From IMG/VR virus record IMGVR_UViG_3300044800_000286: 64,000 nucleotides of DNA; one strand, written 5' to 3'. Shown in pieces: positions 37,766 through 48,200 of the stretch. The notes beneath the pieces are model-generated. The model saw nothing but the letters and a program-made list of their open reading frames with translations. It searched no databases and had not been told where the DNA came from. Both the position numbers and the translations under genes were made by a program. The stretch comes from a virus. Positions within the stretch are counted from its first letter, which is position 1. Each line of letters begins with the position of its first letter.

Positions 37766-38185
37766 ATGATTACCTTAGACGACAACGACATACAAAGCCT
37801 TGCGCTCGTGGCTTGGAAGGAAGCCCGAGGCGAGGGTGACGAAGGAATGGACGCTGTGATGCACGTCATCGTGAACCGTGTGGGCGCGCCCGGCTTTGCC
37901 CACGCACTCCACGATGTGATCTATGGCAAGAACCAGTTCACGAGTATGAGCGTACCATCCGACCCTGAGTTCAACCTTGAGCCGAAAGACGGCGACTCAC
38001 AGTACGCGTTCTGCGTCGCCACGGCCCAAAGCTTTCAAACCGACCCCGCCGACTGCACGCAAGGTGCCCACTACTACGCCGACTTACAGTACACAACCTC
38101 TGGCTGGTTCTTCCGCAACATCGTGAACAATCCCACCGACCATCCGCACACCGTTAAGATCGGAAGACACGACTTTTACGTATGA
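37766..38185 (+). CDS. SleB-like cell wall hydrolase
   Basis: EARGE..G..AV..VIVNRV, QFTS, GAHYY, IGRHDFY. Confidence 0.9.
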   Translation: MITLDDNDIQSLALVAWKEARGEGDEGMDAVMHVIVNRVGAPGFAHALHDVIYGKNQFTSMSVPSDPEFNLEPKDGDSQYAFCVATAQSFQTDPADCTQGAHYYADLQYTTSGWFFRNIVNNPTDHPHTVKIGRHDFYV

Positions 38186-38200
38186 TGTGTATTAGAAATA

Positions 38201-38794
38201 ATGAGAAACAGACAAAATTTGATAGGAAAACGGTTTGGCAGATTGATTGTAATTGCCCTGACTGACAAAGTCCGACACTTTCCAAGCGGAAGCAAAACTG
38301 TTTATTGGCTTTGCCGCTGTGATTGCGGTAATGAAAAGCTTGTGCCGGGATCAAGCCTGACTATCACTCGTCCAACTTTGAGTTGTGGCTGTATCGTGCA
38401 TAGAGGCGGGGATACTGTGGCTTTGCGAAAGTTGTATGACAACTACAAGCATCGAGCATCAAAATAGGGCAGACAGTTTGCTCTCAATCTAGAATTGTTC
38501 AAAAGTCTGACGAGTTCCAACTGTTATTATTGCGGAACATCTCCAAAGCAAATCATGGTATACCCTACTCGACCAAAGAAAGCCCACGGCGGAACCGACT
38601 ATATATACAACGGGATAGACCGTATAGACAACGAGAGAGGCTACCTGCCAGATAACGCGGTGCCTTGCTGTAAGCGTTGCAACCAGGCTAAGGCCGATAT
38701 GGCCATTGATGAATTTAAGGGTTGGCTTTCAGACATCATGAAACATTTCTACACTGGGAAGCAGGACGCAGTCCCGCAGCAGGCTGGCTCTTAA
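38201..38794 (+). pseudogene. HNH homing endonuclease interrupted by in-frame TAG (38465-38467)
   Basis: Two ORFs in the same frame join into a full homolog of 16412..17131. Confidence 0.8.
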
Positions 38795-38854
38795 AGTGCC
38801 AGCGGGGGCGAAACCATCCTTGCCGCGGAGCCAAAGATAGGAGTAGAACTCCAT
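38729..38854 (-). pseudogene. N-terminal remnant of GIY-YIG-like endonuclease
   Basis: MEFYSYLWLRGKDG resembles FYTYMWLRKDG of 17712..18284; retains a promoter. Confidence 0.55.
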
Positions 38855-38940
38855 ACCCCTAGTATACAGCGGGCGTGGGGAAATGGCTACCCGCTCAAAC
38901 TATTGAGTATAATATACTTAAAGGTACGGTTTCCAAAGAA

Positions 38941-39486
38941 TTATAGAGCCACATCCAAATAAACTGTGTCCTGGGAGAAATCTAAAGTAACAACCATCGC
39001 GGTGTCTATCGGGGGCGGGGTAATCGGGGGTGAAGCGGGCGAGATATTGCCGGAGTCCGGAGAATAGATCACGCTGATCACGCCGTCGGCGTACGCCAGC
39101 CCGGAGGGCGTCCAGCCGTTTAATCCGCTATCAAAATTGTTGCCGAGCGCATAGAAATCCGACAAAAGAAACAGCATCCATAGGGGCAGCTTCGTGGCGT
39201 CGAGCGTCGGCGTGCCCTGGTCCAGTATCGTTAGGGCCACGGGGGAAAGCAAAATCAGCCCGGCCGTGGGAAACGGCGCTCCGTCTCCCCGGTAGGCGTT
39301 GGGGCTTTCCGTGAACCACGACGCCTGCGGATGCCCCGCCTGCAAGACCCCGTCCAAGTAAAAATTCCCGTCGCAGGCGTATCCGTAATGGTTGTTAGGC
39401 CCCGGCGTATAAAAACTGTCGTCATCGGTCGGCTGTATTAGCCGACTTGCGACAATCGGCTGGTCTAAAAAATTGTATCCACCCAT
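38941..39486 (-). CDS. hypothetical protein (virion-like composition)
   Basis: 181-aa ORF with clear coding bias. Confidence 0.7.
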   Translation of the reverse strand: MGGYNFLDQPIVASRLIQPTDDDSFYTPGPNNHYGYACDGNFYLDGVLQAGHPQASWFTESPNAYRGDGAPFPTAGLILLSPVALTILDQGTPTLDATKLPLWMLFLLSDFYALGNNFDSGLNGWTPSGLAYADGVISVIYSPDSGNISPASPPITPPPIDTAMVVTLDFSQDTVYLDVAL

Positions 39487-39526
39487 GTTATGACTATTGA
39501 ACTCCTTCTATTAGAGGGGGACTTAA

Positions 39527-40221
39527 TTGGGAAACATAATTGCTTTGGCTGGAAAACGATTTGGACGTTTGACAGTTCTTGAACAAACCGCAAACAATAA
39601 GCAAGAAGTTATGTGGAAAGCTCAGTGCGATTGCGGAAATGTTGTTGTAGTGCGAAGAGGCAGTCTACGTAGCGGAAATACGAGAAGCTGCGGATGTTTA
39701 AGTAGGGAATCGGCGTCCCAACGCATGGCGAATCTTAACAGACAAGGCAATCCGAGCTTGATCGATCTCACCGGAAGAAGGTTTGGACGTTTGTCCGTGA
39801 TAGAACGTGGTTCGACGATTTGTTATGCAACGGGCTGGGCCGTAACGACATGGATATGCAAATGTGATTGCGGCGCTATAAAAATCATCAGAAGTCAAGC
39901 CTTGCGAAATGGAATGACACAAAGCTGTGGCTGCTTGCAAAAAGAGCTAACCGCTAAACGGATGAAATTAAGCAACTTATTGAGTCAGGCTGCTTTTACT
40001 GTAATGCTGTTCCATCCAACACATTGAAAACTCGGAGCGGCGGGGGACTTACCTACAGCGGCATTGACCGCCAAGACAGCAAACTCGGATATACGAAGGA
40101 TAATACAGTATCGTGTTGCTACCCCTGCAACTTGATGAAGGGCAGCATGTTGCCCAAAGAATTCCTAACCCGCATCGGTAAAATATACACCAATCAAAAA
40201 GACCGCGTTGACGCCCTTTGA
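39527..40221 (+). pseudogene. frameshifted/deleted HNH homing endonuclease
   Basis: Repeat domains in one frame; CFYC...GIDRQD..GY..NTVSCC in another; junction near 39960. Confidence 0.75.
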
Positions 40222-40285
40222 AAATCAATGCCCGGAGGTTAGCCGACTACGGTTTCCTTAAACGAGGACGGGGGCGTAACCATAG

Positions 40286-40708
40286 GTGGGTAAGCCGGGA
40301 ACAACCTTTAAGGACTTGAAAGGACTGACTTTCGGATTTCTCTATGTAGAAGGCCGGGCAGAGTCAAGGTGCTCCAAGACCTATTGGCTGTGCAAGTGTG
40401 AGTGTGGGGTCAGAAAACCCATCCGCAGCGAAAGTCTGTTGGACGGATCGGCTAAAAGCTGTGGTTGCGCCCGGAGCCGACTCAAGCGCACAAAGATGGA
40501 AAAGCATTACAGCCTCGTGAATCAGCGGTTCGGCGACCTTTGGGTGGTTTGGCGTGCCGGGTCGAGAAAGCAGGGGACCGGGACGGGCGCTGTTTGGGAA
40601 TGCAAGTGCAAATGCGGAAGGCTGGTGAAAGTCTCCGCTAGGGCGCTTCGCGATGGAAAGCAAAGCTGCGGCGAATGCAGCGCCGCCGCAATAGGAGTCT
40701 CAGCATAA
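40286..40708 (+). CDS. homing-endonuclease repeat domains without nuclease domain
   Basis: Two FG.L.V..W.C.C.CG..SCG repeats only. Confidence 0.7.
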   Translation: MGKPGTTFKDLKGLTFGFLYVEGRAESRCSKTYWLCKCECGVRKPIRSESLLDGSAKSCGCARSRLKRTKMEKHYSLVNQRFGDLWVVWRAGSRKQGTGTGAVWECKCKCGRLVKVSARALRDGKQSCGECSAAAIGVSA

Positions 40709-43700
40709 TGGCCAGCACATTCCAGTACCCCACCCTCGTGAGCCGCACGCTTGATCCGTCCAATAAGGCCCTGTTATCGATAATCGCCCTCCACGATCAC
40801 GAAGTCACCGATGCCGATTTGAACTTGATCCAGCAGCTTCAGGATTATAAACGGGGCAAGCTTGTTGCCAATTTTGGCGTGACCTCTGGCAGCACCACGT
40901 ATGCGCCGTTCCAGTTCAACATCAACAATCCGAACACGTTCTTTATCCCATCATTCGACACACTTTTCAACGGGCAAGTCGTCACTATTGAGGGGCAGCT
41001 TTCCTCGGACCTGACTCTGAACCGCGTGCAGCTTCCCTTGCCCCCGGCCCTCGTGTCGGGGAATGAGGACGCCTGCTTGTACATCGTGTTCCTTGAACTT
41101 TGGTATCAGGCGCTCAATCCCATCGCTTCGTCCAATTCTGGTTATTACCAAGACCCGCTGAGTCCCGGCCCGAAATATTTCTTCCCCTACGGCGGCATCC
41201 TGCCCGACCCGTCGAACGCCAAGCTCGTGCCGGACGATTCGGTCGATCCGTTCCAAGGGCTGTTCACGACCGAACGCGCGCAAATCCAGTGGCGCATCAA
41301 CGTCCAGCGGGTGGCGCTCGACTACGACTTCACGCAGGAGACCTTCGGATTCTGGTATGCCACCGCCCGAGTTCCCAGCAGCAATTACATCACGAATGGT
41401 ACGGGCGATCCGGGCCAGATCGTCTACGGACAGGCGTCCCGGCCCAGCACTACGCTAGGCGTCTCCCCGCTTGTCGGCTTGCCCATCTACGAATTTACAA
41501 GCATGGGCGGCGTCAACGGCGACACGGGCCTGTGGCGCTGCGGCGACGGGAACGTCAACAACTCCCTCGGCACCATGGACGGCTACAGCTACGCCATGCC
41601 GGTAGCGGTCGTCTTCCAGCGCAACACGGGCAGCTTCGACGTTGCGAGCAACATTTTCGGCTGCGCCGACTCTTCCTCGGGCGTGTCCAGCACCGGGACG
41701 CTCGCCACGCGCATCTCCGGCCGCTACGACCAAAAGCTCGCCGACCAGGTTTTCCCGTCCGAGGTCGTTGACACCCGCACGACTATCGACCTCTCCGGCA
41801 TCGACACGGACGACCTGATGCGGAAGGGCTTCGCGGATTTGATCACGGGCAGGACCAGCCTTGCGATCAGCCGCTTCGGCGACCCGCAGGGGAACAAGAC
41901 GGAGGCCGTCGGCTCGCTGCTCGACTACTATCTCGGGGTGAATCCCCTGTCGATCGCCAACGTGTCCACCATCGGCACGTTCGACGGGTTTTCCAACGGG
42001 TTCAGCAGCGACCTGCGCACATTCTACTCGACCCGGAAGATCACCATCGGCCAGAAGGCCACCGGGACGAACGGGAGCGCATGGGCCGTGGGGGACTCGT
42101 TCGCAATCTCCCTCCCCCAATCCTCGAAGGCGACCATCACCGAGGTAAGCGTGACCGCCTTGGTCAGCAATTTCTCGGCTGGCACCGTGACCCCCGCCTC
42201 CCTGCTCCAAGGACAGGTCCAGATCAACGGGCTGAACTCCACCACGGCCACCGTGGTGCTCGCCAAGAACCTTTCCGCCACGGCGTTCGATCCCGGATCG
42301 AACGGAATCTACGCGACCATAGGGGTCACCTATCCCGCGGACATCGGTCTGGATACCCGCAAGATTCCATCCTTGATCGAGGGCGGCGTTCTTTACGATG
42401 CAAGCTCCGGCCGGGTGCTCCCGGTCTACGGCATATCGGAGTACGAGGTCCAGAGCCAGCAGGCAGCCTTGGAAGCCTACCAAATCTGGGCGGTCAACCC
42501 CGAGTATTCGGACATCATCCTTGGCACCAAGGTTTGGATTCAGGTTTCGGGCTCAAGCGGCGCGGTCACGACCGTGAGCGGTGCGCAAATCACTACATTC
42601 ACCATCCTTTGCAAGGGGCTGAACGAGAAGCTCAACGGGCTCTATGTCACGCGGGCTTGGGACCTAGCGACGGGCAATTTCTACAACGTCGTGGCCCGGC
42701 AGATGCTCTCCGTGTCCAATGGCGTCCAGCACACCGTCGTGCTCAGCGGCGCGGTGCAGCCCAGTTCCATGGTCGTATTCTCCGTCTTGGCGCAGGACAC
42801 CGTGCAGCTTGCCTATAATGCCCCGGTCAAGGGAGCCACGCAGATCGAGGAGACGGTTTTGTTCGGCAACTACACGTCCGACACCAACTTCCCCATGGAC
42901 CCCCGCGTGGTCATCGAATCCGTATCCTACGACACGGCATCCGACGCCAACACAGTTGTGTTCGGAGCCAACGGATGCCAGATCAAGGGCATCTCCGGGG
43001 ATGACACCGTGCGCCTGATATGGACCAAGAACGGTCTCGGCGGCCTCACGGCTTACAACGTTTCTTCGGCGGTTTTTGGCAGCGGCACATTGACGATCAT
43101 AGTTCCGGGCAACAGCGGGACGGTCAATTTGACGACTACGCCCTTTCTGTTGATCGGCTCGATCCTTCCGGCGTTTATCCCGGCTTCGACCCTCGCGTTG
43201 CAGGTCCAGTACGTGCCGTATCAAGGCGAGGGCGTGATCAACCGGGATTATGAAATCCTGCATTCGGAAGATAGTGCCCTGATCACGACAAACGGAACGG
43301 GTGCCGCCCCGGTCATCGGGCTTTCGGATGTCTACCCGTACAATCGGGAGCTTCCCATCGTCACTATGCTTCCGGCGCAGCTTAGCTGGAACGACACCAC
43401 TTTGGAAAATTCTCCGGTGGCGACCCTCTTCGACTCCAACTACGTGGCGATGCGCGCGAACAACGTGGAGCACACGTTCGACGCCCCGCTGCACACAAAC
43501 GACTTCATCCCGCCGATCAACAAGGACACCCGCAAGACGGTCAGATTCCTTGCCACGGGACAACGAGGCTTCTCCTTGGCAACTCCGCATCTTGGATACG
43601 CCATCGCCCCGCCAACCGCCCGCACAGTATTGGGGCAGAACCTCCAGTCCACGCAGGCATCGATCATCCTGTACGTAGACAACGTGAACGGCAGCGATTT

Positions 43701-44565
43701 GAACACCGGATTGACGCTCGGCACCGCCAAAGCGACCATCGGCGCGGCGCTGTCCGAACTGCCCCCGGTTCTCCGCCATCCGTGCTCGATCGTCATACGG
43801 GACACCGGAGTGCCGTTTTCCATCCAGAACTTGCAGTCCAGCCTGGAGATCATCGCCCTCGGGGACGGGGACATCCGCAGCGCCAAGCAGTACGCCTTGG
43901 GCAATTTGTCCCGAGTCATACAGGACGAGGGGCGTCTGGTCATCACCAGAGAAGCCACGGCGACGAATCCGGCCATCATCGACGCCACGGGCTTCACGGG
44001 ATTCGGCGACGGGCCGACCGCGGCGTTTTACATCGACACCAGCCGCGTGATCCTGAACGGCTTGCAATTCCAAGGATTCACCAACCCCGCGATCATGGCG
44101 TACAACAGCGACATCGACATGGTTGCCTGTTCGTGGGTGAACAACGTGCAGGCGGGCGCGTACGTCGGCTGCGACAGCGTCATCCTCGACGGCGGATCGA
44201 TCTCGCTGTCGGCGCAAAGCACGGGGCACGTGCTTTCACAGTCGAACCTCACCGTGTCGGCCCACGCACTGATTGTCCCGGTCGGGGTGACGCCGCAAAG
44301 TGCGTTCTTCGTTGCCACCCGCGGCTCGACAATGACTTTGCAGCAGCACGGCACGGGTACGCTGGACGAAACTAATATCTCGGCTACTACGGTCGTGGCT
44401 GCCGCCCAGCTTAACTCCAGCATCGCGGTCAATAGCACATTCCAGAGCGCGGGCAGCGCTTCGATAACAGCGAACAGCGTTATTCTCCAGACGGTCAGCA
44501 TCAATCCGTTCTTGGGCGGAGTCACGGTAGATGCGTCCTCTTCGGTAGTAACACAGGTAGGGTAA
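40708..44565 (+). CDS. large virion (baseplate/tail fibre-associated) protein
   Basis: DADLNLIQ N-terminal motif, YVDNVNGSD.N.G..A..TI..AL pectin-lyase-like start, beta-rich. Confidence 0.7.
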   Translation: MASTFQYPTLVSRTLDPSNKALLSIIALHDHEVTDADLNLIQQLQDYKRGKLVANFGVTSGSTTYAPFQFNINNPNTFFIPSFDTLFNGQVVTIEGQLSSDLTLNRVQLPLPPALVSGNEDACLYIVFLELWYQALNPIASSNSGYYQDPLSPGPKYFFPYGGILPDPSNAKLVPDDSVDPFQGLFTTERAQIQWRINVQRVALDYDFTQETFGFWYATARVPSSNYITNGTGDPGQIVYGQASRPSTTLGVSPLVGLPIYEFTSMGGVNGDTGLWRCGDGNVNNSLGTMDGYSYAMPVAVVFQRNTGSFDVASNIFGCADSSSGVSSTGTLATRISGRYDQKLADQVFPSEVVDTRTTIDLSGIDTDDLMRKGFADLITGRTSLAISRFGDPQGNKTEAVGSLLDYYLGVNPLSIANVSTIGTFDGFSNGFSSDLRTFYSTRKITIGQKATGTNGSAWAVGDSFAISLPQSSKATITEVSVTALVSNFSAGTVTPASLLQGQVQINGLNSTTATVVLAKNLSATAFDPGSNGIYATIGVTYPADIGLDTRKIPSLIEGGVLYDASSGRVLPVYGISEYEVQSQQAALEAYQIWAVNPEYSDIILGTKVWIQVSGSSGAVTTVSGAQITTFTILCKGLNEKLNGLYVTRAWDLATGNFYNVVARQMLSVSNGVQHTVVLSGAVQPSSMVVFSVLAQDTVQLAYNAPVKGATQIEETVLFGNYTSDTNFPMDPRVVIESVSYDTASDANTVVFGANGCQIKGISGDDTVRLIWTKNGLGGLTAYNVSSAVFGSGTLTIIVPGNSGTVNLTTTPFLLIGSILPAFIPASTLALQVQYVPYQGEGVINRDYEILHSEDSALITTNGTGAAPVIGLSDVYPYNRELPIVTMLPAQLSWNDTTLENSPVATLFDSNYVAMRANNVEHTFDAPLHTNDFIPPINKDTRKTVRFLATGQRGFSLATPHLGYAIAPPTARTVLGQNLQSTQASIILYVDNVNGSDLNTGLTLGTAKATIGAALSELPPVLRHPCSIVIRDTGVPFSIQNLQSSLEIIALGDGDIRSAKQYALGNLSRVIQDEGRLVITREATATNPAIIDATGFTGFGDGPTAAFYIDTSRVILNGLQFQGFTNPAIMAYNSDIDMVACSWVNNVQAGAYVGCDSVILDGGSISLSAQSTGHVLSQSNLTVSAHALIVPVGVTPQSAFFVATRGSTMTLQQHGTGTLDETNISATTVVAAAQLNSSIAVNSTFQSAGSASITANSVILQTVSINPFLGGVTVDASSSVVTQVG

Positions 44566-44567
44566 AC

Positions 44568-45197
44568 ATGGCAACCAAGGTGAAGACTTTTGCACAAAAG
44601 AATAGAGAAATGGGACTTTGCGGTTGTGGACAATCCCCAATAGCGGGCAAGAAAATGTGTGAGAAATGCACGGTTTATTTTAGAGATGCCAATAAAGAGG
44701 CACGGAAGAAGCGAGTAGCGAAGGGGAATTGTTTGTCGTGTTCGGTAAGAAAGATCGCAACAGGGCATAGGTGTTGCAAAATTTGTATGGATAGATTCAA
44801 AGAACTTTACGCTGCAAATGTAGAACGGGGCGCGTGCGGGGCCTGCGGAAAAGGAGAAATAATCGCTGGTAAGAAAAGATGCCAGCGATGTCTTGATAAT
44901 TCTGCGACGGCAAAACAAAGACAAAAACAGCAAGTCTTGGATCATTACGGACAAATGTGTATATGGCCAAACTGCAATGTCACCGACTACGATTTGTTGA
45001 CTGTAGACCACATAAACAATGACGGCAAGGAAGAACGCAAAAAGTTTAAGAACCACAGTTGGAAACGTGCCATTGATAGTAGATTTTCTGCGGTTTACCA
45101 AATACTTTGCTGGAACCATCAATGGAAAAAACGAATGATGACACTTCGCAATGAAATATTGCCAGCTATGAGTCGAAAAGCTGGGGTAGGAGCTTAA
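44568..45197 (+). CDS. Cys-repeat HNH endonuclease
   Basis: Tandem G.C..CG...C..C repeats; LTVDHINNDG...YQILCWNH. Confidence 0.8.
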   Translation: MATKVKTFAQKNREMGLCGCGQSPIAGKKMCEKCTVYFRDANKEARKKRVAKGNCLSCSVRKIATGHRCCKICMDRFKELYAANVERGACGACGKGEIIAGKKRCQRCLDNSATAKQRQKQQVLDHYGQMCIWPNCNVTDYDLLTVDHINNDGKEERKKFKNHSWKRAIDSRFSAVYQILCWNHQWKKRMMTLRNEILPAMSRKAGVGA

Positions 45198-45200
45198 CTT

Positions 45201-48200
45201 ATGTCAGTTTATGCCAGCGCTCCAGCGGTCGGGATTTTAGATTCTAGCAATAACTTGACGTTTAGCTGGACCCCCTATCCGGATGGCAGCGGGTTGTTCT
45301 CCCAGTATGACCATTGGGTCATCACCGTTGATTCGACGCCCTATACCGTCCAACGCGTTCCGCTCACTGGGAATCTTAGCACGCAGACATTCACGCAGAT
45401 TTTGAACTCTGGCAGTCACGCAATTACGATGCAGGGGTTCAACAGTTCGAGCGTTGCGGTCACCGACCCATGGGAAACGAACAATGTCCCCACCGCCCGC
45501 ACGTTTCCGGCTGTTTTTGCCCCATCCTCTGTCGCGCTCAGCCTCGCATCTGTGTTGCTCGGCCAAACGCTTACGCTCACCCTGTCTTCGCTTTACGCGG
45601 GCGCGGACCAGTGGCAGGTTCTTTGGCCCGACAACACCGCCACGGGCTGGCTGCCTCTTTCCGCCGGCGTGGTCGCCAAGTCCTTCTCCGTCCCCGGCGC
45701 TCAGAATATCGTCGTTCAAGTCCGCAAGGACTACAGCGGGAACCAGTATGTTCCGCCAGCCTCGTTGATCCGCCAGATCGCCCAGCAGATTTTCGTCATC
45801 GACCAGCAGGCTCCGGGGACCACCCCGACCACGGGCGGGCTCACGGGCGACCTCGGCATCGGCGGCCAACAGGGCTTCGAGATCGTGGACGCGTCGAGCC
45901 CGACAGCCGTTCCCAATCCTTGGGAGATTATTGCCCGCGCCTTTGTGCGGGACACCATTACCAACGAATTGAAGCTGCTTGTTGCCACCACGCGCTTCTC
46001 CAACGCAAGCTCGTTGCTCGGCACCATGGCCATCGACGTGTTCCCCGTTGAGGGCCGTCCGCACTCGTTGGAACTGATTGTGCCCGTGTACGAGTTGACA
46101 ACCACATCCGCCACCGGATCGGTGCCGGTGAAAATCCAAACGAGCACCCTCCCGAATCTCATCGTCGGCAAATCCATATCGCAGGCGCTCGGCGGGACGC
46201 TGGCCCTGACGGTTAAGTCGGGCACGGGCATCCAGCCGTTCCTGTGGACCGCCACGGAGCTCCCCGCCGGTGTGTCGATGAGCAGCAGCGGCGTCATCAA
46301 TGGCATCCCGCTTGAGCTTGGCGCATTCACCCCGACGTTCGCGGTGCAGGATTCCAGCATTCCATTCTCCATCGATGAAGCCACGCTGAACGTAACGGTC
46401 ATTACTGATCTTCTTGTGCAAATTGCGACCGGACAGACGGATGCAAAGGGCAATGCACTGGCTCCGCTCGGCACTACTTTTGGCATTGCGCAGGTTGGGA
46501 CTCCGTACACGGTGCAGATGCAGGTGGGCAACATCAACGCCTCGGCCGCCACGGCGGGCGGACTGCCCCCGTACCAGTGGAGCATCCCTGCTGGCGCTCT
46601 TCCCATCGGGCTGAGCATCGATCCGAACACGGGCATCATCAGCGGCCGTCCCTGCACTTACAATTCCACGACGGATTACAGTCTGACCTATACCGCTGTT
46701 GTGCAGGTCACAGACGCTATCGGGGCCAAGGCGACCCAGACGTACACGATGTCGCTGATCGCCGCCGCCCTGCAATTCGGTCCAATTGACCAGTCGCTCA
46801 TTTTCTCCCTACAAGAATTCAATCTGGATGTTCCTGTGTTCGGCGGGCAGTCTCCTTACAACTCTTTGGTTTTCACGGCACCCCCGAGCGATGGTTCGTA
46901 TTATGGCACGGTCGCGCTGATAGACGGACGTGTTGAAGTGCCAGTCAGCAGCGGCGGGTTTCCGACTACATCCATAGGCGGCCACCAGTTCGTCCTGAGC
47001 GTGTCGGATTCTTCCAGCCCGACCAAAACTACGGGGAATGTTTCTGTCAACTTCCAAGTCGGAGTGCCGAGCGCGACACCGCCTATCGGCGAAATCAGCG
47101 ACATTCGCATCGTGCAGGCGGACCCGGAGCACTACTGGGACTATGCCGACAGCACGGCAAAGACCTTGCCTATCCGCGGCAATTTGACCGGATACACCTT
47201 GCAAGGCGGAACCCTCTCCCCCGACCTCTCGAACGGCATCGTCTTGGCTATCGATGCAACCGTGCCGCAGGTGGATGCCACCGGCCCGGCGACCACCTAT
47301 AATAACGCCCAGCTTCGAATCCCGCTCGTGCTGACCCAGTCCGGGCAGGCGTTCGGAAGCGTGTCCCGCGAATACACGTTCTCGGCGCACAACGACAAGG
47401 CGAGCACGGGCGACATCGGGACATTCACGGCCTACCCACGCCCCTATATCATTGGGGACGCGGTTGGGCTGAACCCACGGAAACCGTATTTCAACTCAAC
47501 CGCCACAGTCCCCGCTTCCCTCGCTGGCAGCGTTTCGCCTCCGGAACCCCTACTCACGGCGCGGGTCCAAAGCGGCTCCTCGCTTCCTCCGGGGCTTTCG
47601 CTGGACGCCAACACGGGTTTGATTTACGGCACGCTGGTCGGGCTGTCAACGGGCAGCAGCATCGTCGAATACACGGATGCTGGCGGCACGATCCACGGCA
47701 CCATCACGATCAATTGGGCCACCTACCAGAGCACGTTCCAATCCACCAATCCCGGAAATTCGGTCGCAGGATCGATGGGCGTCGCCGCCACCCTCACGCT
47801 CTTCACCGCGCCTTCGGGCATCACCCTAGCGAATCCTATGATCATTTATCCGTTGTCCAACAACGTCGCCTACGGGGTTCCGGGACTCTTGTTGGGCTTG
47901 GATGTCACGAACACAATGGTGCGGTTGACGGGCACGCCCACGGAGGCGGGCTACTTCGACATCTGGCTTCAGGTGCAGGGAAACAACGCTTCCCAAGTCT
48001 CGTATGTCTACCAGCGCGTGGTCATCGGCTACGCAAAGCCGATGATCATCCTGACTTCCAGCTTGCCGGATATCTCCGCCGCCCCGCTTACGACGCAGTT
48101 CCCATCGAACGGAATAACCTTGCAGGGCTTCGGCGGAGTGCCGCCCTACGCGTGGTCCTCTCCGCAGTTCCCGAGCGGCTCGGGTGCGGCTCCGATTGTT

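Noticed and set aside
38465-38467. Genome-wide amber recoding
   Set aside because: Core genes (nrdJ, 18281, 55893, 61261) end in TAG at expected positions and long genes are uninterrupted.
39930-39970. Programmed -1 frameshift joining the HNH halves
   Set aside because: A shift at CAAAAAG meets an immediate TAA, and a segment present in paralogs is missing, indicating a deletion.
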